Below the pieces are notes generated by a model. The model was not told the DNA's origin, searched no databases, and saw nothing but the letters and a program-made list of their open reading frames with translations. Positions 35,940-44,877 of a stretch of DNA of 64,000 nucleotides are shown piece by piece. Source of the stretch: Bacteroidales bacterium (lineage in GTDB: Bacteria; Bacteroidota; Bacteroidia; Bacteroidales; VadinHA17). The stretch spans positions 19,941 to 83,940 of the forward strand of contig JAXDBC010000076.1 in NCBI GenBank assembly GCA_034679225.1, given 5' to 3'. The position numbers and the translations under genes are program-made. Every line of letters begins with the position of its first letter. The stretch's first letter is position 1.

Positions 35940-36911
35940 TCACGATTCCCTGAGTGACCATATCAGTGAGCTTGCACCCAGAACGGCTGCATTCTTCGTG
36001 CTGAGCTTCGAAGGAAGAAGTTTCACCTTGTTTTTGTAGATATGAAGGAGGTTCTCTTCCATCGATCTTCGTGCAGGTTCAAATATAAGCTCCTTTGCCT
36101 GGGCAAGTCCTCCGAAAAGGAATATTGCCTCGGGGTTGAGATGTGAAACAACATCGGCAAGCTTGAAACCAAGGATGATGCCGGTGCGTTCGAATGCTGC
36201 CAGGGCTATCGGATCACCTTTCTTTGCAGCTGTGTTTATCATTTCAGCATCAAGCCGGTCGAAGCTGATTTTTCTTAATTCGCTGGGAGCTACACTGTCG
36301 GCCATCACCTTGAGCAAGGTACGTTTCAAACCGGTTGCCGAGACATAGGTTTCGAGGCAGCCTTTCTTACCGCAGTCGCATTCACGGTTGCAGAGCCCTG
36401 GCCTGATGGTCGTATGGCCGAGTTCTCCTGCAAAACCCTGGTGTCCGTAGAGCAGTTTCCCGTTTACGACAAAACCGCTTCCCAGTCCGGTTCCCAGGGT
36501 GATGACTACAAAGTCCTTCATGTTCTTTGCGCCTCCGTAAACCATTTCACCCACGGCTGCCGCGTTGGCATCGTTTGTAACCACGACCGGCAGATCAGAA
36601 TGCCTGGCGAAAAGTTCAGCCAGGGGAGTGATCCCCTTCCAGGGAAGGTTGGCGGGATGTTCGATAGTACCCTTGTTTATATTGCCCATAGGAGCTCCGA
36701 TTCCGAAGCCGATGAGTTCCACATCATCCTCCGATTTTTTGTAGATATGCATTATCTTTCCATACAATGCGGCTACATACTCATCGGCCCTGGGATACTG
36801 GGAAGTCTTTATTTTGTCTTCGGCAATGATGTTTCCCTTGCGGTCGACTATCGCGAATGCCGTGTTCGTACCGCCTATATCAATGCCTGCTACTGCTTTC
36901 TTACGTGACAT
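35940..36911 (-). CDS. ROK-family sugar kinase (glucokinase-like), paralog 1
   Basis: GIDIGGTNT, DANAAAVGE, and zinc motif CDCGKKGCLE. Confidence 0.9.
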   Translation of the reverse strand: MSRKKAVAGIDIGGTNTAFAIVDRKGNIIAEDKIKTSQYPRADEYVAALYGKIMHIYKKSEDDVELIGFGIGAPMGNINKGTIEHPANLPWKGITPLAELFARHSDLPVVVTNDANAAAVGEMVYGGAKNMKDFVVITLGTGLGSGFVVNGKLLYGHQGFAGELGHTTIRPGLCNRECDCGKKGCLETYVSATGLKRTLLKVMADSVAPSELRKISFDRLDAEMINTAAKKGDPIALAAFERTGIILGFKLADVVSHLNPEAIFLFGGLAQAKELIFEPARRSMEENLLHIYKNKVKLLPSKLSTKNAAVLGASSLIWSLRES

Positions 36912-36940
36912 GTCTGAATGTTTTAACCCGATTTACCTGA

Positions 36941-37957
36941 CTATTCCGGAATATATTCATTTCCAACCTTTCTGGCCCTCTTGGGATGATCGAGGTCGAT
37001 ACCGAGAGCCACTCCGGTTTCAACAAGAATATTCCATCCGGCAGCCAACTGGAGGTATTCAGCATACTGACCTCCGTCGGGAATGACTATTGTCGGGAAG
37101 ATGGTCGGTTTTGTCGAGATCGCTATCACATGAACCCCAACTCCCCTGACAATGCATTCCATGAATTTATCCTGGTCGTCATCGAAGGGATCGACCCAGA
37201 TCAGTACCTCATCCTTGTTCATTATTTCCTCGATGCCATGCAGTGCAAAGGTTCCCTCATAGAAAGCCGATCTTTTCCTGGTGATCTCATTTGCCTTGAG
37301 AGCTATCTCCTGGGCTACTCCGTTATCGCGTCCTGCAAAATAAATGATGTCGGTTTTTATTAACAGTTCCGTAATCGATTTATCGATCGGGGATGTAAGA
37401 ACTTCTTCTGTCTGCCCGGCCAAAGTGCCGAGGCCTTCCATCTTTTCACCACGGATATTCCTTAAAAGGGAATCGTAGAATAGACCCTGTTCTACAACCG
37501 ATTTGGTGGCGGCTACTGCTTCTTCCTTGCCGCACGAGAGTACATGAGTGTCGTTGGCAAGCTCCTGGAGCTTTGTATTCCGGTTTGCAGTGAGACCGAA
37601 CACGGACTTGTGATTTTTTGCCTTGAGAAAGTTAGCAAGCCTGATAACCTCCTTGGTCTGTCCCGAGTTCGATGACAGGAAAACGGCAAAGTCGTCAAGC
37701 TTATATTCCATCGACTGGGTACATCCTTCAGTGATCACCGGAATCATGAAGTCTTTCTTCAGATTGGACCAGATGGCTCTTTTCGCGGGGAAAAGCCTGC
37801 TGCTTCCCTCGCCCGCCAGGAATATTCCCTTTTTGGCTGAGATGGGCTTAACAAAGCGTTCAGATATCTTCGGATCAAAAGCGCCGATTATACCGGGTGT
37901 TTCGAGCATTTCCCGGATAAGGGAAAAACTACTGTATTTTTCTTCTTTGAGGTTCAT
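36941..37957 (-). CDS. SIS-domain sugar-phosphate isomerase/deaminase (GlmS C-terminal / AgaS-like)
   Basis: Two SIS-type blocks (FLAGEGSSRLFPA..., FLSSNSGQTKEV...), with no glutaminase domain. Confidence 0.75.
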   Translation of the reverse strand: MNLKEEKYSSFSLIREMLETPGIIGAFDPKISERFVKPISAKKGIFLAGEGSSRLFPAKRAIWSNLKKDFMIPVITEGCTQSMEYKLDDFAVFLSSNSGQTKEVIRLANFLKAKNHKSVFGLTANRNTKLQELANDTHVLSCGKEEAVAATKSVVEQGLFYDSLLRNIRGEKMEGLGTLAGQTEEVLTSPIDKSITELLIKTDIIYFAGRDNGVAQEIALKANEITRKRSAFYEGTFALHGIEEIMNKDEVLIWVDPFDDDQDKFMECIVRGVGVHVIAISTKPTIFPTIVIPDGGQYAEYLQLAAGWNILVETGVALGIDLDHPKRARKVGNEYIPE

Positions 37958-38027
37958 GGAATTTCAGTTTTTGGTGAAAACAAATATTATTCACTGACCC
38001 GACCGGGAAAAGTTTTCCGGACCGGGA

Positions 38028-38687
38028 TCAGGCAAATTCAAGCAGTCCGAAATACTCAGGCCTGTGGAAATCGGGCTTTTCAGTGGCAACCGGATTCCAG
38101 CTGAGATAATGCGGTACGCTAAGTTTATCGCCGCATTTGTAAAAGTTGGCTTTGAGTACATTCCCTTTCCTGACATCTATAGAATGGAGGAACAGGGAAG
38201 AAAAGGGGATGGCCAGAGTCAGCTTCCATTCAAAATCACCTTCTCTTTCAGGCAGAGGAAGGCTGCCGGCTGAAGCAAGATACCTGATTCCGGCAATTAC
38301 CGACGGATCAGATCTCTTTCTGTCATGCCTGCCGGTACCTGATCCCATAAGGCCGGTGCCGATGGCATTGAACTCAAAATTGTAGTAAATCCCGTCATCT
38401 GAAGGAGCAACGAAAAACTCGACACATGAGTCTTCATATACTTCCTGGTTGGGCAGGGTCTTTTCAGCCTTGAACCATCTTTCCCTTACATGATATTTGA
38501 GAAGAAACTCATTGCGCGAACGGGCCGCTGCAAAATTCACTTCAGGCCTGTAATCAAAATCCTTCCAGTTCAGTTCTCCGATAGCATGAAGTTCGCAGCT
38601 GCTGTCGAGCAGGCGGGATATCTCCTCCATGGGAAGCTGATCATACTTATCATCTATACTTATGACACTCAGGGTTTTCACAGGCAT
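38028..38687 (-). CDS. Carbohydrate-binding family 9-like (DOMON-like) protein, no signal peptide
   Basis: ...VYEDSCVEFFVAP...YYNFEFNAIGT...ANFYKCGDKLSVPHYLSW pattern of CBM9-like proteins. The ATG at 38687 is preferred; the longer ORF starts on TTG at 38693. Confidence 0.65.
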   Translation of the reverse strand: MPVKTLSVISIDDKYDQLPMEEISRLLDSSCELHAIGELNWKDFDYRPEVNFAAARSRNEFLLKYHVRERWFKAEKTLPNQEVYEDSCVEFFVAPSDDGIYYNFEFNAIGTGLMGSGTGRHDRKRSDPSVIAGIRYLASAGSLPLPEREGDFEWKLTLAIPFSSLFLHSIDVRKGNVLKANFYKCGDKLSVPHYLSWNPVATEKPDFHRPEYFGLLEFA

Positions 38688-38764
38688 TGACAATAAATGA
38701 CCGGTATGTCCTGACCGGTATGGAAGGCTTTCCGACCGGTCAGAGTTTACCGTTGAATGTATTA

Positions 38765-39715
38765 CTATAGTTCGTTCAGTATAAGAGCTGCTGAGCCCAT
38801 AACTGCGCCGTTGGATTCAGGTATACCTGAAGGAAGTATCTTGACCGTATTCTTGAACAGTACGTAATTGTTCTTTTTGAGGTATTCCCTTACCGGTTTG
38901 AACAACAGTTCGCCGGCGTTGGCAAGTCCTCCGAAAAGGAATATGGCTTCGGGGCTGGTGTAAACTATTGAATTAATGATTCCCAGGCCAAGTTTCTCAG
39001 CGGTGTATTCCATAGCTTTCACAGCGATGGGGTCGCCCTTGGCTGCTGCATCGGCAATAGTCTTTGATGTCAGTTTCGAAGGCGGAATATCTCTCAACGG
39101 ACTGTCAGCCCTCATTTCGCTTATCATCAGCGATGCAGTTTTTACAAGGCCTGTTGCGGATGCATAGGTCTCGAGGCATCCCTTGCGACCACAACCGCAT
39201 TCCCTTCCTCCGGGAACCACGCAAAGATGGCCTACTTCACCTGCAAAGCCGGTGTGCCCGTAAACCAGTTTGCCGTCGACCACGATACCACTTCCAAGAC
39301 CGGTGCCCAGGGTGAGGATGATGAAATCCTTCATGCCCTTGGCTCCGCCAAACACCATTTCGCCCATTGCTGCCGCGTTCGCGTCGTTGGTGACTGCCAC
39401 TTTCACATTGAGTTCCTTTTTTACAAGGTCGCCAAGCGGAACGATTCCTTTCCATAACAGGTTGGGAGCGTGTTCAATAGTTCCCCTGTGATAGTTTGCA
39501 TCCGGAGCTCCGATTCCTATTCCCGCCAGCTCGAGATCCTTCTTTCCGGCCAGTAGTTTCTTCACGCCGGCCCCAAGAGCCTTTACAAAATCTTTAACAT
39601 CGGGGTAATCGGTTGTCTTGAAATGACCCTCAGCAAGAACCTTGCCTTCTGTGTCAACGATGCCGAAAACGGTATTGGTTCCGCCAATGTCAACACCTGC
39701 TACTACTTTCTTCAT
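38765..39715 (-). CDS. ROK-family sugar kinase (glucokinase-like), paralog 2
   Basis: GVDIGGTNT, DANAAAMGE, CGCGRKGCLE. By eye it is roughly half identical to the 35940-36911 product. Confidence 0.9.
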   Translation of the reverse strand: MKKVVAGVDIGGTNTVFGIVDTEGKVLAEGHFKTTDYPDVKDFVKALGAGVKKLLAGKKDLELAGIGIGAPDANYHRGTIEHAPNLLWKGIVPLGDLVKKELNVKVAVTNDANAAAMGEMVFGGAKGMKDFIILTLGTGLGSGIVVDGKLVYGHTGFAGEVGHLCVVPGGRECGCGRKGCLETYASATGLVKTASLMISEMRADSPLRDIPPSKLTSKTIADAAAKGDPIAVKAMEYTAEKLGLGIINSIVYTSPEAIFLFGGLANAGELLFKPVREYLKKNNYVLFKNTVKILPSGIPESNGAVMGSAALILNEL

Positions 39716-39818
39716 ATTTACAAGTATTTAATTATTAATATATTGTTTTAAAACCGACATGATTGGCATAGGCTTGTTTATTGTTTCTGAAATATATTGG
39801 TTTTAGTTTAAATTCCTA

Positions 39819-41666
39819 TCATCGGCGGGCAGCTGTTTTTCTTACCTGTAATTCATATTGCTTGAAATTTACCGGGGATAGCTCCCATGGATTGATCACC
39901 TCCCAGTTTTCCTTGATCTCTATCAAACCCGGATAATAGGAAACAGGCTCAGGCTGACGGTGCAAATCGAAGTCGCCTGTAGTCCATTCCCGGTTACCGT
40001 CAAGATCAAATACAGCCCGCAATTTATACTTGCCCTGGCTAAGAAGCGGAAATTCAATCCTGGTTGTGTCGCTAAGATAAGCCTGCCTTAGCACTTCCTC
40101 CTTTTCATTAAGAAGCTGAATGATTTTTCCCCCGTAATGTCCTTTAATGTCGAGTATCAGTTTCCCATACGATTCCGGACCCGGTACCGAGAGTTTGGTA
40201 CCTGTTGAATCGGAATATTCTCCGTAAATACTGCTGAAAGCAGCAGAATCGCTTACGAAAAGATAGTTTTTACCCGATTTCAGTTCAGCATTCATGAACC
40301 AGCGGCACAAGGTCATGCTGTCGGGGCTGAAAGTGACAGGGAGCCTTGTCCTCTGTTCCTTCGTGATTTCATAAAGATATATTGCCGAAGTATCGGGCGC
40401 CCGCATCGGAGAAGGAGCAGTGAAGGGTATCCTGGCCGCGGGCCTGATCTGACCCGACATTGAATGGGAAATTTTATAGGGGATTCTCTTCGGAGGCCGC
40501 CCCCTCACCGTCCGTTGAACAGGTGCCACGAACCTCATTTGCAGGGTGTCATACTTAAGGGTGGTGAGCCCTGCTGAGTCGGTGAATGGAAAACTGATGA
40601 CCGGCTCAAGGGTAGGCTTGTTATAAATAGCCGAATCGGTGAGCCACACCGTTATGGAATCCCGCTTGCGGCTTTGCTCCATGAACCACGCTTCGTTGCT
40701 TGTACCAGGTATTGAAAATCCGAAACCGAGCGAATCAGGCGGAAGGGAAAGGACGAAAGAAAGCTGGAAAGCCTGTTTTCGTGAAGATGACGCGAGATAG
40801 TGCAATTGTTTCTGTGCCTGGAAAAGAATAAGAGGGTATTCACCAGTAACCGGAGGCTTCTCGGGTACATTTCCGGAAGCCGGAGCCGCGGCAGGAAGAG
40901 AATCCTTCGCGACGGGCAGATAATTCTTTTCAGGTGTCACTCTTACCGGATCATCGTAGAATGCAAATACTTCCTCCCTCAGGTTGTAATTCTTGCTGTT
41001 GTCGGCATCGATCAGGCCATAAAGCCTGTAGCTTCCCGACCGTACATTGTCGATACGGAAAGAACCGTCCGGAGCGGTGCGGGTGATATAATCCGGGATG
41101 GTTTTATAAACAGCTGAGTCGTCAAGCCTGCTGTAAAGAAGCACCAGGGTATTCTCCGGCGGATCTAGGTTCAGCCCGGTGTACGCGTTTCCTGTAACTG
41201 ACAGCGAATCGATGGTGGGGCCGGTAGAGAAGACAAACTGGAAATTGTTTATCGCGTTCCCTTCGTTAAGGTCGCGAATCGCATCCTGAAAATAGAAAGT
41301 GTAGGTGGTGCTGTCACGGAGTTTGTCATCGTACCTTATCCTTATGCTTTTGCCGCGGATAGTTATTTCGGGTTTCTTCTGCATCGGCGGCGACACCATC
41401 AGTTTCTCATTTATCTGATTGAGCACAACATATTCATCGAAGCTTACGACAATCTCCCTGCCGGTGAAATTGGTTGAACCGTTTTCGGGTACGCTTTTGA
41501 GTATCACGGGTATTTCCCTGTCCCTGGGTCCGCCCGAAGGAGAACTCATTTTTGCACAACCGAAAGCCAGTAAACTGATCACGACAAGGAGGGAAAAGTA
41601 TCGGTACGCGTTATGGATCATAAAGAATTCGGCCTTTGCATCTGCAAACTTACATTTTTTAAGCAT
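39819..41666 (-). CDS. Ig-like domain lipoprotein (SbsA/Big_5-like N-terminal domain)
   Basis: Lipobox LLAFGC, then PPVILKSVPENGSTNF...-type Ig-like repeats. An alternative start is the ATG at 41621. Confidence 0.6.
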   Translation of the reverse strand: MLKKCKFADAKAEFFMIHNAYRYFSLLVVISLLAFGCAKMSSPSGGPRDREIPVILKSVPENGSTNFTGREIVVSFDEYVVLNQINEKLMVSPPMQKKPEITIRGKSIRIRYDDKLRDSTTYTFYFQDAIRDLNEGNAINNFQFVFSTGPTIDSLSVTGNAYTGLNLDPPENTLVLLYSRLDDSAVYKTIPDYITRTAPDGSFRIDNVRSGSYRLYGLIDADNSKNYNLREEVFAFYDDPVRVTPEKNYLPVAKDSLPAAAPASGNVPEKPPVTGEYPLILFQAQKQLHYLASSSRKQAFQLSFVLSLPPDSLGFGFSIPGTSNEAWFMEQSRKRDSITVWLTDSAIYNKPTLEPVISFPFTDSAGLTTLKYDTLQMRFVAPVQRTVRGRPPKRIPYKISHSMSGQIRPAARIPFTAPSPMRAPDTSAIYLYEITKEQRTRLPVTFSPDSMTLCRWFMNAELKSGKNYLFVSDSAAFSSIYGEYSDSTGTKLSVPGPESYGKLILDIKGHYGGKIIQLLNEKEEVLRQAYLSDTTRIEFPLLSQGKYKLRAVFDLDGNREWTTGDFDLHRQPEPVSYYPGLIEIKENWEVINPWELSPVNFKQYELQVRKTAARR

Positions 41667-41766
41667 ATTTTATACCACCGGGTGAGCCCGGGATAAATGA
41701 TAATGATAAAACTTAGGGCAATTTTGCCGATTATGACTAAATTTGCTGATTACTACTATTCCGCTT

Positions 41767-42576
41767 ATGCATTTAACAATTATCCCCTGGGATGTCAATC
41801 CCGAAATATTCCGGATAGGATCTTTTGCCATCCGGTGGTATGGCCTGCTGTTTGCCTCCTCCTTTCTTTTCGGTTACATTATCATGGATAAGATTTTCAA
41901 AAATGAGAATCTTTCACAGGATGCTCTCGACCGCCTGACAGTATATATGGCACTCGGAGTCATAATAGGGGCGCGCCTGGGGCATTGCTTTTTCTATGAA
42001 CCGAAGTATTACCTCAGCAATCCCGGAGAGATACTAAAGGTATGGCACGGGGGACTTGCAAGTCATGGCGCTGCAATAGGCATACTTATAGCCCTGTGGC
42101 TTTTCGTGAGAAAGGAAAAAAAGGACTATACCTGGATCATCGACCGTGTAGCAATTGTCGTTGCACTGTCAGGGTTTTTTATAAGGATGGGAAACCTTAT
42201 GAATTCAGAGATCTACGGAGTTGAAACTACCATGCCGTGGGGCTTTGTTTTCCTTAGAAACGGTGAGAATGCTCCCAAGCATCCTACCCAGATATATGAA
42301 GGACTGACTTACCTGTTCATTTTCATCCTGTTGATAAGGATTTACTGGAAGAACAAGGGGGAACACATTCAGGGCCTTCTTATCAGCCTCGCGATGATAC
42401 TGATATTCACGGCTAGATTCTTCATAGAATTCCTTAAGGAAGACCAGGTCGATTTCGAATCGGGAATGACATTGAATATGGGTCAGTGGCTAAGCATTCC
42501 CTTCGTTATTGCCGGTTTCGTGTGGCTGTATATAAGTCTGAAACAAAAGAAGAGACTGGTGATAAAAAGGAAGTAA
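41767..42576 (+). CDS. lgt: Prolipoprotein diacylglyceryl transferase
   Basis: FAIRWYGLLF, HGGLASHGAAIG, and the PTQIYE motif. The ATG at 41767 is preferred; the longer ORF starts on TTG at 41743. Confidence 0.9.
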   Translation: MHLTIIPWDVNPEIFRIGSFAIRWYGLLFASSFLFGYIIMDKIFKNENLSQDALDRLTVYMALGVIIGARLGHCFFYEPKYYLSNPGEILKVWHGGLASHGAAIGILIALWLFVRKEKKDYTWIIDRVAIVVALSGFFIRMGNLMNSEIYGVETTMPWGFVFLRNGENAPKHPTQIYEGLTYLFIFILLIRIYWKNKGEHIQGLLISLAMILIFTARFFIEFLKEDQVDFESGMTLNMGQWLSIPFVIAGFVWLYISLKQKKRLVIKRK

Positions 42577-42645
42577 TGAGGGGGAGGGGAGTAACGCCCT
42601 TCGTTAGCTGAGGCTTCCCCGGGATGACGGCAGACAAGCCGGAAA

Positions 42646-43227
42646 TCATTTCATAAGTATGCCGTTGAAAAGCACGTCCAGTATTCCGTTCAGCCTTTCC
42701 TCAAGGTTAATTTCACGCTTTTTCCAGAACAGCGGGACCTCCAGTCCCTTAAGGGTGGTCTGAACTGCCAGTGCAGTGTACTCGCTGTTCTTCACATTGA
42801 ATACCTTTTTCCTTGCACCGTCATACAGTATCAGCCTCAGAATAGCCAGTTCCTCACGGTCGTATTTTTCCCGTATCTGCTCTATGAAGTCAAAGTGATC
42901 CAGGTGCTTATCAAAGATAGCGCTATAGTAATTCGACAGTTTTTCGAATGAAGTCATTCTTACAAAAACATAGTTTCTCATCTTGCCGACGGGAGATTCA
43001 ACCGATTTAATTGCTTTAGTAAGTTCATTTCGAAGTATATTGGCTTCGTAAAGCACAACTGCCTTGAAGATCTCTTCCTTGCTTTTGAAATAGTAATATA
43101 CAGAGCTTTTCCCCATTTTAAGAGCCTTGGATATTTCCTCCATGGTGGTCTTGCGGAAACCGTAACGGCTGAAAATTTGTCCGGAAGTCTCTATTATCTT
43201 TTTTCTAAACTCTTCCTTATTAACCAT
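42646..43227 (-). CDS. TetR/AcrR-family transcriptional regulator
   Basis: N-terminal HTH IFSRYGFRKTTMEEISKALKMGKSSVYYYFKSKEEIF. Confidence 0.88.
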   Translation of the reverse strand: MVNKEEFRKKIIETSGQIFSRYGFRKTTMEEISKALKMGKSSVYYYFKSKEEIFKAVVLYEANILRNELTKAIKSVESPVGKMRNYVFVRMTSFEKLSNYYSAIFDKHLDHFDFIEQIREKYDREELAILRLILYDGARKKVFNVKNSEYTALAVQTTLKGLEVPLFWKKREINLEERLNGILDVLFNGILMK

Positions 43228-43314
43228 ATAGTAAGTGCTATTGTTAACTTCCCATCATTATTGCAAATTTAGGATATAATAAATTCTTAGCAAAATATTC
43301 GAGGTTTCCGGTCG

Positions 43315-43328
43315 ATAATTCGAATTAT
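43315..43328. promoter_or_regulatory. Perfect 14-bp palindrome ATAATTCGAATTAT (candidate TetR operator)
   Basis: Read directly, 88 nt upstream of the TetR start in the divergent intergenic region. A related half-site AATATTCGA lies about 20 nt away. Confidence 0.35.
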
Positions 43329-43570
43329 TAAAAAACAGAAGCAATTCTGCCGGAAAGGGAGCCATTATTATCAGCCGTATAACGAAAATATGGTCTCATG
43401 GCTGGCAATAAGACGTTAATTTTGTAAATTTGATACTAAAAACCAGTCCGCCGGGGATTTGATATCAGCCCGGCGCTGTTGATTATCATGCCGGTAATGA
43501 AAAAAGCCATCTGCAGACCTGAGGACGAAAGAATACCTGGTTTATTTTACGAAAAACAATAATAACAAAT

Positions 43571-44173
43571 ATGGAAGGCGTAGTAAAATTCAATTGCCAC
43601 TGGAATCAGTCGGGACCTGTAATCTCCGACGAAGCGTACGAAATAATAAATTACTGGAGGGAAGTACTTTATAATATGGATATTATCGGAGCCTACGAGA
43701 ACGGAGTGTGTTACGGTAATATCAGCATGAGGATAGGTAGAAGCAATCAGTTCATAATTACCGCTTCCGCCACAGGGGAGATTCCAGAACTTGAGCCGGG
43801 TCATTATGTAAAAGTCAATTCATTCAATATCGACGAAAATGCGGTTCAGTGCACCGGACCGCTGAAAGCTTCGTCGGAGTCGCTTACACATGCTGCCATC
43901 TATCTTGCCGATCAGGGAGCAAATGCCGTGGTCCATGTTCACAGCATTGACCTCTGGAATGAGCTTATTTACAAGGTACCCACCACGAATCCTTCGATGG
44001 AATACGGGACGACGGGTCTGGCCAGGGATATCTTCAGACTTTTCAGCGAATCGGATGTGATTGAAAAAAGGATAATTGTGATGGCCGGAGACAGGGAAGG
44101 AATCCTTACTTTCGGTCACGACATGGATGAGGCAGTAAATGTCCTGATGCAATATCTGAGGAAGGAAAACTGA
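43571..44173 (+). CDS. Class II aldolase/adducin-domain protein
   Basis: NISMRIG...FIITASATG...SSESLTHAAIY...AVVHVHS motif series. Confidence 0.8.
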   Translation: MEGVVKFNCHWNQSGPVISDEAYEIINYWREVLYNMDIIGAYENGVCYGNISMRIGRSNQFIITASATGEIPELEPGHYVKVNSFNIDENAVQCTGPLKASSESLTHAAIYLADQGANAVVHVHSIDLWNELIYKVPTTNPSMEYGTTGLARDIFRLFSESDVIEKRIIVMAGDREGILTFGHDMDEAVNVLMQYLRKEN

Positions 44174-44218
44174 CCAGGTCTGATATCCAGGTTGTTTCTA
44201 AGATGCTTGCAGCATTGA

Positions 44219-44326
44219 TTCATGAAACCCACATGTATCAAATACACAAACACGTGTGAATATAATTTTCAAATATGTGGGTTCCCCCGCTTGAGCGGGG
44301 ACCATTAAAATAAATTATATTCGGAG
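44219..44326 (+). repeat. Gene-proximal conserved element, copy 3 of 3 (E3)
   Basis: Hairpin CCCCGC (44285-90) TTGA GCGGGG (44295-300). A 9-bp long-range stem pairs AACCCACAT (44226-34) with ATGTGGGTT (44275-83). The embedded ORF at 44222-44308 gives 28 aa. Confidence 0.9.
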
Positions 44327-44364
44327 GAAAAAAGCTAAATTTGGCAAACTAAAATGATATCCTT

Positions 44365-44784
44365 ATGAAGACAAAAATCCTTATCCTTTCGATCGTACTT
44401 GGTTTTGCAGCTTTCTCATGCAAACAGAAAAATGCTCCTGTTGTGTCGGAATCACCACAGGCTGAGACTATTGCCCCTGCAACTGATTATCCGAAGATGA
44501 TTATTGCAAAGGCTTTTATAAAGCCAGGCAAGGAAGCTGATTTCATCAACGCCGCGAAATCGATAATTGAAAGTTCAAACAAGGAAGAAGGATGCCTCGG
44601 GTACATGCTGTACCAGGATCCCTATGAAAAGACAAATTTCATTTTCGTGGAGAAATACAAGAATCAGGCAGCCATTGACTTTCATTTTGCGGCTCCCTAC
44701 TTCGGCGAATTTGGGACTGTGACTGAAGACTTGTTCAGTAAACCACTCGAGATCAAGATTATAGATATAGCAGCAGAACAATAG
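44365..44784 (+). CDS. Antibiotic-biosynthesis-monooxygenase (ABM) domain lipoprotein
   Basis: Lipobox AAFSC. The ABM pattern is IIAKAFIKPGKEADF...EEGCLGYMLYQDP...FIFVEKYKNQAAIDFH. Confidence 0.8.
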   Translation: MKTKILILSIVLGFAAFSCKQKNAPVVSESPQAETIAPATDYPKMIIAKAFIKPGKEADFINAAKSIIESSNKEEGCLGYMLYQDPYEKTNFIFVEKYKNQAAIDFHFAAPYFGEFGTVTEDLFSKPLEIKIIDIAAEQ

Positions 44785-44877
44785 TCTGCCTTTCAGCGAA
44801 ACAAGCCTCGTAAAAACTGAAGCTGCTTCATATTGCAGATTCAGGGGATGAAAAGAAGAACACGGCCTTAGCGCGGA

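Noticed and set aside
43488-43562. 24-codon ORF just upstream of the class II aldolase gene as a leader peptide
   Set aside because: It is very short, with no repeated regulatory codons and no associated terminator or antiterminator structure that I could find.
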